This document shows, piece after piece, positions 13,740-27,110 of a stretch of 64,000 nt of DNA (position 1 is its first letter; each line of letters begins with the position of its first letter). Origin of the DNA: Orbicella franksi (Eukaryota). The translations under genes and the position numbers were made by a program. The notes beneath the pieces were generated by a model, which saw only the letters and a program-made list of their open reading frames with translations, was not told where the DNA came from and did no database searches. The stretch is from NCBI GenBank assembly GCA_964199315.1, contig OZ116699.1, forward strand, positions 22,444,001 to 22,508,000. The letters run 5' to 3'.

Positions 13740-14842
13740 CTTCCACTCGTGTTTCTATAACTCGATAGAAACACGGTACATGTTTTCTATTTCTTAAATG
13801 GAGTCAAATAAAAAGAAACCAGCAGTTCACCCTATTAAATGGTTAATTATTATTGGAAAGCTCATAAAAATGTTAAAACCAACCAAATAGTTAATTTATA
13901 CACTACCCTGTGATTTTACCGCTTTAAAAGCCACAAGTAGTAGATTTTCATTTGCGTATTAAACGTAACGTCGTAAACATCATCACTAAAGGTCACACTC
14001 CAATGCACATTACATGATGGACCTTGTGTTTTAAGAAGCCTCGTTTTCATGTATCGTCAGTTCCACGATGAAGCGGCAGCTGTCTATGCTCTCATTTCTG
14101 TCTGCTTAGTATATATTGAAAAAACTGAAGATGCTTAGTTCTTTTGCATGAACATGAAGGCAACCACATAAGGTTTTAATGTCGTATTTCTTGAATCTTC
14201 TAACAAACAGTGTGACATGTAACATTCTATTAGCTTTTAGCATAGTTAACACTATGCTTTTAGTAAGGCATACCTTTATCTCAGTAGTATATACACCATT
14301 GAAAATAGTGTATAATATACATGAGACTGCCTTGAACTATGCAATAAAACACTTTTTTCTGATAAAAAATAATGAATGCTTGGGTGTTAATGTTTTGCCT
14401 CAAATCACTGGAAATCATGTTTCTGAGCTTTCTGATTTCAAACATCTTCTGGGGGGTCATGCCCCCATACCCCCCGAGACGACAAGGGACCTTCGACCCC
14501 TCTTATCAGCTCCAGCGGGTTCTAACAAAAGAGAGACAACCACTTCAAATCTTACTGAAAGCACTGTAAATAGGGTATGGTTTTTGTACTCTAGTCTTGA
14601 ATTGGGTATGTTGTTTAGAAGAAGCTACTTTTTCATCATTTTCGATAAGACCATCAACAAAAGCCCTTCAAAAATTGTTTGGGGCAACTGTGTCAGCCAT
14701 AATGGTCATAAATAGGGTATCAAATTCTTGGTCTGGTTGTAAATAGGGTAGGGAAAGTCACAGATTTTGGTCTTAAATAGGGTAAGGGGTTTGGGAAGCA
14801 GGCCGCACACCCCCACTAAATATTTCTGGGAATACCCCCTCG
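13214..14842. mobile_element. Nested repeats: an outer element (ggggtactccc...gggaatacccc) split by about 1.2 kb of inserted DNA including a fold-back element
   Basis: The left part 13214-13345 (gggggtactccc...aaatagggtatcaat) and right part 14570-14842 (aaatagggtat...gggaataccccct) share the aaatagggta motif and inverted termini. The inner element contains the inverted repeat atagaaaacatgt...gagttatagaaacac / gtgtttctataactc...acatgttttctat (about 13612-13792). Confidence 0.5.
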
Positions 14843-16350
14843 CGACAGGGTATCCAGTTTCTTAAAAGATTTTTAAGAAACCCCATTCCTACTTGCACAT
14901 TTGGTGAAAAAGTGTGTACCCTTAGTTAATCTTAGTTAATCTCACACTTCCACTATTGACATCATGTTTGGCTTTGCATTCTGCTTGGACACTACCAGCA
15001 ATTTTGCTGCTTTGTTGGTCAAAACAGTGCTATACTTAAGTGCCTTTGCTGGTGGACAAAATTCCTTTTTAATAACCCATGATTGAGATATTATGTGAAT
15101 TGTTGGCAGGAGAACAAATTGCAATTTGTTCAGTGATTTTTCCAAGATATGACATCAAAATTTGATAAAGTCTGCCAGACTTTTTCAATATGACATCACA
15201 GCCTTGTGCATGTGCTACCATTATAGAGGCCATTTTTGAGGCTATAGTGCTCTTATTTAGTGACTTTTGATGAAACAACAGTCGAACCTCTCCACTACAG
15301 CCACCATGGGGAAAGAGGGGCCATTGTAAAGAGGTGGCGCTGATAGGGAGGTAGGAGTGTAATATGACACCAGGTTTTTTCAGTGGTGCAACATTTTTTT
15401 CCAAGAATGAAAGGCTTATATTTAGCATATAAATATGTAAACAGACAAAATATATCAATAAACAGAAACCAAAAAGAAACAGAGACCAATGATAGGCAGT
15501 GCAGATTAAATCTGGTGACCGTTTACAATAAAAAGTTGGTTTTTGTATGCAAAGTTTGTCTGTCGTTGATTAACTGGCCATTACAGAGGTTATTTTGGCA
15601 TTTTGGCATTTTGGATACAGTTTAGTTACTGTTGTGGAGAGGTGGCTGTTGTAGAGGGGTTAACATAAGATTGAATGTATGGACTGACTGCTAGGCCCAA
15701 AAGAGTGGCTGTTAGTGGAGGTTCAACTGTTGACCATTACATTTAGGTTTCCATCCATGAACATGTCATCTTGCTTGACTTTTCGACGTCATGCTCATGT
15801 ATAATATTTCCCGTTTAAGTGTTACTGATAGGTTCTATTGATTGGCAGGTCTGGTGGTGGATATTTTCTCTGCCTTTACTTTAGTTCTTATCAAGTATTG
15901 AAATTTCCACCTCAGACTGATTTGTTTGGTGCCATTATTCTTAAGATAATATACTTTTAGTGAAAACAATATGTATCTTTGGAATGATATTTATTTATTG
16001 TGCATTTATTAAACACAAATGGAGCATATTGTTCCATGTTGTGTAATTAGTAGTTCTTTCTAGTTTTGAAAAACACTTATTACAGAGAAGAATTTTTAAT
16101 ATAAATATTTTGTATTTGAAATATGGTGGAATTACCTTGATAGTTCTTTTTTATTCACATTATTAAAGATGTAGAATGTAGCTCCCTGTAGGTTTGCTAC
16201 TGTTTTGCTTTGCTCTCGAGATTCGTGTACATATATTCAAGAAATTAATATGTAGTCTTTGTACCCAATAAAATGTACTACAAGTTGTATTAGGTGGCGT
16301 TTTGGTGGCTTTTCAAATTCGTGTTTAAGGCCATAGCCGGGAAAAAATTT

Positions 16351-16717
16351 TGATTGAGGCAATGTTCAAGAAAAAATTATGATTGAAGCAATGTTCATGA
16401 AAAAATTCTGACTGAGGCAGTGTCCATAAGAAAATTATGACTGAGGCAATGTCCATGAAAAAATTCTGACTGAGGCAGTGTCCATGAAAAAATTCTGACT
16501 GAGGCAGTGTCCATAAGAAAATTATGACTGAGGCAATGTCCATGAAAAAATTCTGACTGAGGCAGTGTCCATGAAAAAATTCTGACTGAGGCAATCTCCA
16601 TGAAGAAATTATGATTGAGGAAATGTCCATGAAAAAAATTATGACTGAGGCAGTGTCCATGAAAAAATACTGACTGAGGCAATGTCCATGAAGAAATTAT
16701 GACTGAGGCAGTGTCCA
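16351..16717 (+). repeat. 29-bp minisatellite, about 12.5 copies (TGACTGAGGCAGTGTCCATGAAAAAATTC)
   Basis: Units start every 29-30 bp from 16351 to 16700. A three-unit (87-bp) higher-order duplication is visible (units 3-5 against 6-8). Confidence 0.95.
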
Positions 16718-17215
16718 CGGTTAAATTCTCTTCCTAGGTATTAGCGTGTTTTTGATGACTAAACAACAAAAACGAAAAAAATGACTGAGGCAAGTGCGTC
16801 GAGCTACGACCCTGCTCTTTCCGCAAAAAGGCTTGCGAGAAAATTCCTGCCAAACGGAGGACAAAAAGGTGCACAAGTAGTGATGGGAAGAGAAATTCCC
16901 TCTCCTTTATCAAGCGTGGACCTTTCCCTCTCCTCACTTCTTTGCGCACAATAGCTTGCATAGTAAAAAAGAACCAGCTCTAAGAAGGCGTGGCGTTGGC
17001 GAATTTTGTTAATTCGACCTACCATTGATTTAACTTTGCTTACTCCGCAGTCCTGCTGCCTGAACGAAAGGAGTAGCCACCCTATAGGAAGGCGCAAGCG
17101 GAGCAGTTGTACACTGCTGGTAGTTGTATTCAAGTAGCCCTTTGTTGAGTTTTAAGTTTGGATGTTTTGTTTTTCAAGCGAGGATCACGGCCTTTGTAAC
17201 AAGAGTCATTAGGTG

Positions 17216-18450
17216 CTAGAGAGGCGACGATGGGCGTTCACACGGGCAAAACAGCTTGATGAATTCTCATTTGTATTATTTATGATAATACCAATCTAGG
17301 GGATTTAGGCACGAATTAAGAAACGAACTTACGTTCAAGACTGTGTGGCGGACTTGTGAAGTCAGTGATCTCAAACGGGGACCAAGTGTAACTGACTTGA
17401 GCGAGAAGCCAACATAACAGAACCTCAGCTGTCAGGGCGCACAGGCGTGAGCCAGGCGTGATGTTGGGCTTTTGTTGGGTTTTCCTGAGCTAGTTCTGCT
17501 GTGTCTCACTAGGAGAGTCAGGTATACGAAATTTTGTATGAACAAAGGTAATCCACGTCACTAGACACGGAATCATACAGATTGTGAAGCTGTAAACATC
17601 TATGAAGGCCTGTGCGCCATGCTCCCCATAAGGAAGATCAACGTTTAGGCATTCATTTCCGACCAGTTCCTCTTCAAACACTTTGTAAACTTGAAGGGTA
17701 CAGCTTACGACCCAGTACACCGCTAAGTAAAGGATACGGCGCTTTCCAAACTGTGTTTTGTACTGGATGGGTCTCGTGATGCTATAGCAGCGTTCAATAG
17801 GAAGGAACTTGACAAGCAAAATAGATACTTTGGCAACTAAGGAGACGGTACGTGTTGTCCACTAGCACGCAGAACATGTGGCCGCCAAAGTCCGAGCCGA
17901 TTGGAATCAAGGTTGTTACGGTCAGAAGAATTGCTGTGGAATGAAAAAAAGCAGCTTCCATTACGAGCGCAGGCTGCTGATTGGTCAATCAGTCGATATT
18001 TTGCTAAACTATAATAGCTTAGAAGTCGCGAAATGCGCATGCCTGCAAAATCGTCGAGAATTCCTACAAGACATATTTAATACGGTCACCTACGGAGGAT
18101 CAAACCTCATGACTATTATCATGATAAAAGCCTCATGTGGCTATTCGGCCAATGACAGCCCACTTGAGGCTGATGTGCTAGGTGGTAATCTCACCCGTGA
18201 TTAAATCAGTCACGGCCAAGTTAAACAGCAAAGTATTATATGGCTTTTTCATCATTGACAGTTTCTTTAAAAGCACAGAACAGAACATGAGATTGAGTAC
18301 AAAAGCTGAGCCAGCGATTATGCTGAACGCAACCTGAAGAACAGTTTCTAATTGGTCAGCTTTCACTTCATCCGATTGGTGGCTTGGGCCGACCGCCTGA
18401 GTGATGCTGCTGTTAGTCAGCAAGGTCGGTGTCTTGTCAGCGCTGTCCAT
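17216..18450 (-). pseudogene. Class A (rhodopsin-like) GPCR pseudogene, paralogue of the gene at 32358-33985
   Basis: Exon 1 (18450-18195, MDSADK...FNLAVTDLITG) is open and followed by a phase-1 GT-AG intron. Exon 2 from 17933 aligns to the intact paralogue but carries a frameshift near 17835 (YRLLS/AKVSILLV...IERCY), an in-frame TAG at 17490-17492, a second frameshift before FLNSCLNPL, and further stops in helix 8 (HK*YK*EFIKL). Confidence 0.85.
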
Positions 18451-20051
18451 GTTCAGCAAGGCTGTACTGAAAGTAAGTGAGGAATATTATTTGACAAGGC
18501 ATATATTCCATTTTTTTTGTAGAGATATTCTTAAAATCGATTCTCATTTCCTGAAGTGGACAGTTTCACAAGCTCGTCCTCAATTCAAGCTAAAAGGTAA
18601 ACGACCTGTTTCCAAGGGTATTCAACATAAATCAACTTAAAGTCCTTAAGCTTATATTTCACGAAAAAAATGTAGTCTCTTCGTCCGATTTATAACATGT
18701 ACTTGAAATTACTTTTCCGTCATGTTTTCCAACACCTCTAGTGCCATAGGCATTTCATTTAAACGGAAAAGTGATCTGAAAAAAGTCATTTCACATATAT
18801 ATTGAGCCTATATAGGCAATGTTCTACTTTGCGACGTTCACACAGAAGGTTCCATGTTTCTTTCGGGTTATGTATGTTTTGGGATGATATCAAAATTGCT
18901 TAGTAGAGGTTTCCGGAAAGCAATCTCTGCAGTCAGTAGATCTCTGAGTCACTCCATTGCTGCCAAGTTCATTACGTCGGGATGCTACTGGTTGGGAGTT
19001 CGCACTGTGAGACGATTCACCGACGTTTGTAATACTGTTGGTCAAGTGAATTTCTGAGTCGATGTGACCGTGCTGAGCACGAAACAGCTATCGATCGGTA
19101 ATTGTGAACATAATAACACTTCAGATCACCAGTATAATTACCATAAACACGCTTTACATATAAAAACAGAAGGTGTATTGATGGTCCCCTGAAACGCAGA
19201 GTTACAGCTAACTTATGTAGTCTTTGATTTCTTCGTATACTATATCAAGCCCTGCTTTGAAGCATCGAGAACCGTTTTGGCTAGCAAGACTTAACTTATT
19301 TATATTTATAACATGAATATAGCGTTGCAGTAGATAGAGTTAATATGCTAGCTGTGCTTATTTGCCTTGCTTACAGGCAAACATATGTGACGATTATTAA
19401 ATGTAATCTAAAACATTAATTAACGACTTTAAGCCAATTATTAGCTTCGTTGCAGTTTTATAACAGAGTTCTTTTATTATTATTTTTTTTTCAATGCCGA
19501 CCCCTGCAGTCATACCAGGCACCGTTTTCCGCCTTTTCTACGTAACAAAGTGAACTTCCAAAGGTGTATATTTTTTGGGCATGATGCTGAACCAAACACT
19601 CTTAGAGGGAGGAGGTTTGGCGTTTTCTCTGCCTAATGATTTTTTTCTCAGCGTTAGGTCATATATATAAGATTCTTATCTTTTTGCTCCGCATATCTCT
19701 TTTTAGTGGTTTATATTGCTCGAAAATATTTTTCTCGGTTTTTCTTTTGATTCTATTTTTGTGTGTATTGTATTTTCCCACCATAATTAATGCGCGGTCC
19801 ATATATGTCGAACAGCTATTTGCCGAGTCTGCATATATTGCCTGTCAGTTTCCTGTACTGGTTGTAAGCATGTAAGTAATTTGGTGACACTTAAAGAAAC
19901 ATCCGGCTTAGCTAGTGAGTATGTGGTTTTTGCTTGACAGCGCGTTTTCAAGCATATAAAATTGGTGTTGTTCATTCTCTTAACTGTGACCTACTGAGTG
20001 TTAATTGATCTGCAGGATATTGACAATTAATGTTTATCACCTATCAGTTAT

Positions 20052-20530
20052 TACAGTTGGACCCCGCTAATTTCCCGTTATTTTGAACTCAAAACCATTT
20101 AATATTTCCCTTGGATTTGCCCTTCAGCCATTTACTATCGGCTATTCCGAATTCCTCGGGCTATGTCGAACCTTTTTTCATTTTCCCTGACATAGCGGGG
20201 TACACGTACAGTTGAACCCCGCTGATTCCCCGTTATTTTGAATTCAAAACCATTTACCTAGGATTTGCCCTTCAGTCATTGGCTATCAGCTATTCTGAAT
20301 CACTCCGGCTATTTTGGACCTTGTTTTTTTCGTTTCCCCCGAGAGTTCAACATAGCGGGGTCCACTCCGCTATGTCGCACGCTCAGGGGAAACGAAAAAT
20401 AGCTCGAAATAGGGGGAGTTCGAATAACTGAAAATAAATGACTGAAGGACAAATCCGAGGGATATGGTTTTGAGTTGGAAATGACGAGGAATTCGAAACA
20501 ACCGAGTTCGAATAAGCGGGGTTCAGCTGT
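20052..20530. mobile_element. Cluster of related MITE-like repeats (tacagttg(g/a)accccgct...)
   Basis: Two direct copies (20052 and 20207; ccgttattttgaa(c/t)tcaaaaccattt...ggatttgcccttcag) and an inverted copy (about 20375-20530; ctgaaggacaaatcc...atggttttgagtt...agcggggttcagctgt). Confidence 0.65.
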
Positions 20531-23500
20531 TTCAATTTCTGACTTGGCAAGTGTTTTTGCGGTTTTCTGAAAAAACAACGACCGTTTGATAAACCTTGTT
20601 GAATTTAATTTATGAAAGTATTCCTTGTCAGTTTTCGTCAGTATCATTAGATCTCATTGTATTCTTCAAACTTAGATCTGCCGGTAAAAATGCGATAAAA
20701 ACCGTTTTTATTAGGGGAAACGCTTGACACTAAAATGTTTGTTCTTTGAGTTTTTAAATTTCTGTAATTTCAGGTATACAATATTTACTCGAGAAATCTC
20801 CCGCTCAAAATTCTAACACTGTAATCCATACGAAATGTAACCCACACTCGTTCTCCTGAACAGCAGTCAAAGCGAATTAGAGAAGGAAAGGAGGCAATAT
20901 TTCTATTTTTTTGCTGACAACAATCCTTTTTATACATTGATGTTGCTATCAATCGAGCATATTTGTAAAACAAAGATCGTGAAAGTACATGAGTACATGC
21001 CGTGTGCTTACGTGAGGAGATATAGTTGATATACAACATATTGGCATATCCGGGCAGATATACGCTATAAATTACACATGTTGACACAATTGTAAAGAAG
21101 GAAAAAAGTATAGTGAATTTATTCTTTTGACTTTCAGTTTTTTTTTTTTCTGTGCTAATGAGGACTGATTGACGTGGTATAAATTAAACGCATGGAGCTG
21201 TCGGCAATAAATGCAGTTCCATTCTCACAAATGATCAATGAGCTTATTTATTGCTCACTCAAGTAGACCATTTTCCGCACCGTTAATTTGTTTTCAAGAT
21301 AAATAGTAAGTATAACTGTCTAATAAACGAAAACTTTCGAATTTATGACTGCAATTTAACCCTTGAGCCCCAATTACGCATATACGCGTAATTAATGGTC
21401 GCGCTCTTTGTATCATTTGTGACGTCATCAATTTAAATGTCATCAGATATTCTTGATAAGCAGACAGTAGGACTAGGCTAGGCCTTTCCGTACATTGGTC
21501 AGGTTTAGATATCGACTACATTCCGACGTCGCAAATCGAAAAACAACGTTATCAGTTTTGGTGCAAAAACGGTTGTAAAATGGTCCACTATGCCTATGAT
21601 AGACCAAGGTCCATTTCTAAGCTCGGCCGTAATTAACATCCAACTTTTCACGGCAGCTAGAAAAAACATGCAACGCAAAAGGTAGCCAGAGTAAAAGGGC
21701 CGAGAAAAAAAGAAAGGAAAGGGGCAGCAAACAAAATTGAGAACGGGTAATGGCAGAAAAACGGTTAAAGGGTATTTTTTGGCGAAAGTTTGGTATTCAA
21801 AGGGTTAATGGCAAAAAATATACCGAAGAGCAGATGAAATATGTTGAGTCAGGCTGATTAAATACCACGGGGAGGGGGTGGCTCCCATTTAAAAGGGACG
21901 GGGATGCTCGTCCTACCTTTTAGAGATTAGGGGTTAAAAAGCGGTTTTGGTACCTTTCGGGGTGTTTAGCCTCAAAATGTCCACAGCGGGAACTTTTGTG
22001 CTACCTTCTGGGGTATTGAGCTGAAAAAATATGACAGGAGATAAAGTGCTGTTCTGAAAACTGGTTCCTCTTAGAGGTAAAACGATTCAAGTCACGCCAA
22101 AAAAGCAGGATCTTTGTAACTCTTAGGGATTCTTTTCAAAATTTCCGATGAGCACCTCCGTCCTTTTTGTCTTGGAGTTCCCCCGGGACTAATTCCAATA
22201 GCAAGGCGCAAAAAGCCTCGATCTTTCACACATTAGGTGAAAATATGGAAAACTATTACCTTTTTCGTTATTGATATTTTATGCGGTTGAAAGTCATGAC
22301 CATCGATTCCAATATAAAAAATGTCTTGAGAATTTTTTTTATCCAATGATACCTCTGATCAAAGTATTTCACTGAATATTCAGCTGTGAGCGACTGGGCA
22401 TCGATCAAGTTTATATTAGCTAAGTTTCGAAAGCCAGACCCAGAGGTGATCAATTGCTCTCTCACAGACACACGCCTAACCTCAAAATATTGAGTTTTGA
22501 GTCCCTCCCTAAAGATTGTTTCTCCTCAGGTTCAAGAGGGTATAGCCGCTGGATACACGTTTTTTTACCATAGTAAAACTAGATTACTAGATATCTAAAT
22601 ATAAGCTAATATAGCACTCGAGAAGTTATTTGTGAGTCACTACCTACTGATTAACATTTCGTTTGGGCTAAGTTCACGGAATCATTGCTTTTATTTTTAA
22701 ATCTCGCTCCTTTGAGTTAACATTGTACTCAGTGATGCACCTGTAATTAATCTGTTCAGATCTTCCACATTCAATATTCGGCGTCTTAAGGTGGCTCAAA
22801 ACAGTTTCCAGCAGTTAGAATTTGATGGGTCATTGTAACCACTCTTTATCACTTGATGCTACAATCATGGTATCGAAAAACTGCCCAATCATTGGTGAAC
22901 ACGTTGTTATCATGTTCGCGACACGATAGGCTACCATAGCAACAATATGACCTGCTAAAAACACCATTAATTACAGCTTTTGGGGCTGTGCATGGAGTTC
23001 GTGAGCAACATCTTAAAATAACAGTTCACTCCGATTTCTTGGCCTAATCTAATAAAACTATGGGTAGATAATCCGAGTGAAACCGAGCCCTGACCGAACA
23101 AATAATAACAAAGCGAACAGAGTACGAAAATCCCCGACCTCTAAAATGGCCGCCATTTTGTGACGGAACATGGCTGTCAAATTCGATAATGGTCCTGGCC
23201 TGGACTGATACATTGTTTTAAAGACCTTAATACCCTCGTTAACTGGGCCGCGAATAAATTGCATGTGCAAATGAAAAATATAAAGAAAGAGAATTAAATA
23301 GTCAAAGCTTTTTCGTGGTACAATAATATAGAAGGGAACTAATTCTAGAAAAGTCTGTCTACTTCGCTTCTGGTCAGAAGGTATCAATTTCGAGATCAGA
23401 GTACGAGGTCTCATTTGCAACTTTAGTTGACTTCCTGCACGTCACAGCATTGACTTGTTAGGATGCCAACAAGGTAACTTTCTGCACTTGTGATTTACTT

Positions 23501-26500
23501 TACTTCCATTTCAGTTCACTGATCATGATATAAGCCAAAGATGTTCTAAATGAATGATATTTTCATCATCCCCAGATTGGACCAACTTTCGTATTCAGCC
23601 CAGGCAATTTTCTCGAAGGTCCCGAAGTGATTTCGCACCTGGTAAGTCATAGAAAACCTTCGTAGCTCACAAACCTTCGGATTACAGAGTTTTTTTAGTC
23701 ACATGTTCTTAATATGAACAGATTCTCTCCATACAAGAAATTTCAGGCATACACACCTCTCTGTTTTTAGATACAGATTAATTAAAATGGCTCAGTTGCG
23801 GGCCCGAAAAGTTTCCGGGACTTTCGAGAAACGAGTCCCTAGTCAATGAGATGGCCGGTGGCCTTACGTTTTGCAGGTGCATTTTTTGATAAGTAACACA
23901 CTTATCAAAAGTTGAAAGTGGATTAAATTTTTTTTTCTGTTCATGGACAAAAAGTGTTTTCGCTGCCATCTTGAAATGACCTGAGAAGAAAAAAATGCCC
24001 TCTTCGTTTCGAAAAGGTGCTTATTTTCTTTTGTCCACTATGATTATGAAAGCTTGGTATAATACAGTTTATGTCTTAAAAGAAACGGCATTTGTATTTA
24101 ATGATATATCGCGGATGTAAATTTCCAAGTTGTTCCTGACATAATTAATGAAGGCAGGATTATTGGCATCAAACCTCAAACATGACTTGGTCGCAGAAAA
24201 AAAAAATCTCTGAGAGACATTTTGTTTACAATTTCCTTAAAGTTTTTGAGAAGGGTGGCAGTTCAAGTTAAGTTCGCCTATTTGACTGAAAATTTTTTTC
24301 CAGAATTACATTCAGTTTAATAAAACAAAAGACACACTTTACCTTAATTTCGTGAAATGTTTTTTTGCTCAAGTTATTGGTTGGTCTTGCCAACAATTAT
24401 GATTGCAGTTTGTGAAATACGGGTGTTTTATTGATTATTGTTATATCATCTTTCGCTATCTCCATGATTTTAAACTAATGAAAAGCAATGGTATATTTTT
24501 CATGTTTTCGTCTATTCGTTTTAATAAACAGACATAACAACAATTAAAAACTTCAGTTTGCTAAAACGAACGCTTACAAAACTGTTGTTTTGAGCACAGA
24601 ATTTCAAACAGACTATGTCCTCCGTATGTAACTTTAACACAGGTAGGTAGTTTTCTGACTTCTCAAAAAGCCGTCCAAAAAAGGTTTTGCGGTTTTGACC
24701 TTCCTATCATCTGCACAGATAGCAGAATAAGATTCATTTTTGACTCGGAACTCCTCAATCTATTCCAGTTACCGGGTTATTGTTATATTAATTACAACAA
24801 GTTGTCAAAATGCAGGATATAAGTTGCCATTTGCGTTGGCGGTAGGCGAATGAAGTTTAGACGAAGATGTTAAGACATAAGAAGAACTTTTGCAAAACTG
24901 TGTGATTCTTTGTGTTTAAAGAATGATTAACCTTTTTCGTTTCATTCGCGTAAGTGTTTTCCTTGGTCCAACTTCGTCCGTGTACTTTACAAAGAATAGT
25001 AATTAGTATTATGTTTAACCAAGCCTCTACTTTGCGCAAATCCCTCGGGGTCCCTAAAGTCAGTTCAATTTGCATCACAAAATTAAGTGCAATTACTGAA
25101 AAAAAAAAAATTATGATCTTTTCTTTTTGCCGTAAAGTTTTCAGTCAAATCTCATTGTGATACCGCTGTGATATTCAGTGTTGTCATATGCAGTGTGACA
25201 TGGTCAACATTAATATTTTCATTTCACTAATTTGCCGCCTGTCAAACACATTTTCCGAGCCTACCCATAGTTTAGTTTGTCAGGGGAAAGAAAAATATCA
25301 TTTAGAAAATTGCTAAAGACAACATGTTTGCTTACACTGTGCGCAGGTGTTTGAATAAAATAAGTTCAGGTTTTAAATATTTTAAAACAGCACTCCAGCG
25401 GAGATCAATTAAAGCCGGCATACGCATGCAGCTATAGTTTAGTTCCCTCTGGTGCCTTTGAAACGCTTCGAAAATATCAAGATCTTGGGACGGCCTTCGT
25501 TATAGCTAACATAAGGTAAGCTACTGGCTACGAATTCTCTCACAATATGTATAGAAATATCAAAACATGGACACAAATAGGTTATATTTTGGGCTTTATT
25601 TTTCTGACTACACAGTACGATACACCTCCAAATTAGAGAAAATCCTTAACATTAAATGTTGATGTTTGACCTAAGAAAAAACTCGAAAGAAAATGAGGAA
25701 ACCCGTTCACCTGTCTTCTTGTCTGTATTAAATGCAAAGGTGTTTCGTCCACTGAGATTTTAGTTGCATATAGTCTTCATCACAACGAGCTGCGACCATT
25801 CTAATACGAACTATTATATAGTAGATTTGAAACGCTTTGAACCTTTCAATATTTTCACCTTTGTCTATCTGCCAGGTAGAGACGAGTTCTTATATACTGA
25901 AAAAAAAAACAGAAAAAAAAAACAATTAAAAAAACAAATGACAACGTCCGAGAAAAAAAAATTAAGTTTAATTCCTGTTGACTTGAACCGATGTCAACCG
26001 ACACGTTTTCACTGAGACGAATTTGATCAAACCCAGGCATTTAGTGGCGCACATAGAACAGAATCGACGAAAAAACGCCCAAGAGTTAACCGCTCGTAAT
26101 TGCAATACGACAATATAATGAGTTTCAGCTATATACTGTACATGGTAAGCTAATATATTTGTCGCCAACAAATCCCTTGAAACGCATGGCGAGTTTATTT
26201 AGCATAGCGGGTAAAACAGGTGTTTTTCGACGTTACTGAGCATTAACAAATGTACTTAGCATTTTGAAACTTAGTTTTCAAGGAATAAAAGGAAAACGCG
26301 CAAAAAGTTTTTTTTGTGATGACAGATATATGGTTGCCACGATTACGCTGGTTTTGAAGGTTAAAGAAGTATTTGCAGAAAACCCTTCAAAACATTGTTG
26401 AACTTTGTAAAATGTTTTATTGTTGGAAGTTTGTACTGTTACTCTGTATGTGAAACCCTGGCATGTAACTATTCAAAACAGAACTGCTGAACAATACTTG

Positions 26501-26934
26501 CTTTCATACCACGAGGTGCTGTTTATTTCTGTATAAAAGGCTGTAATAACTCTGGATTAGATTTAGATTTTTAAACTTAGCTACTCTTTCAAGTTCAGGG
26601 AGCAGTAGAAATACTCCTAGTTGCTTAGTGCTGCACGTGACACTTCGCTCGACGTAGACTTTACCTTCTCCTGAAAGTTAAACAGAAATTCCCTATCTTT
26701 TCATCTGTTCCTTTCTAATTTTCTATAATCATTGAGTTTTTCAGTTCTCTGCCGTGAAATTAGAACGTCTGACACTCAGCCTGGCCCTTCGTCAACACGG
26801 CTCTTTGGGGGAGTCTTTGCACCGGTTTCTGTCGCTCCATCAAGCAAATAATTATTACTAATCAGTCCTTACAAGATCTGTGTAAAGAAAGTCAAAGACA
26901 GGCTACTTCCGCGCAATTTACTCTAGAAACTGAG

Positions 26935-27110
26935 GCGCAGTGGCGTAACTCGATTGTTCGTTCGTGCGTGTTCTGGATTCAAGCACTAGATAGTTTTAGG
27001 GCGTTGTATCCTTGAACAGGAGATGCACTTTACCGTCACCGTGCCTCCTTCTGCCCTGGAATCAGATCAATGTGCAACGGTTAATTGCTCAAAAGGTAAC
27101 CTTACAAATG
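26935..27110 (+). mobile_element. Degenerate tRNA-derived SINE head
   Basis: ggcgcagtgg (A-box-like), ggattcaagc (B-box-like) and gcgttgtatccttgaacaggagatgcactttacc resemble the 5' part of the SINE family seen at 1-176. Confidence 0.35.

Noticed and set aside
16325-16718. Repetitive proteins predicted by the ORF track
   Set aside because: They are translations of the 29-bp minisatellite, whose unit is not a multiple of 3.
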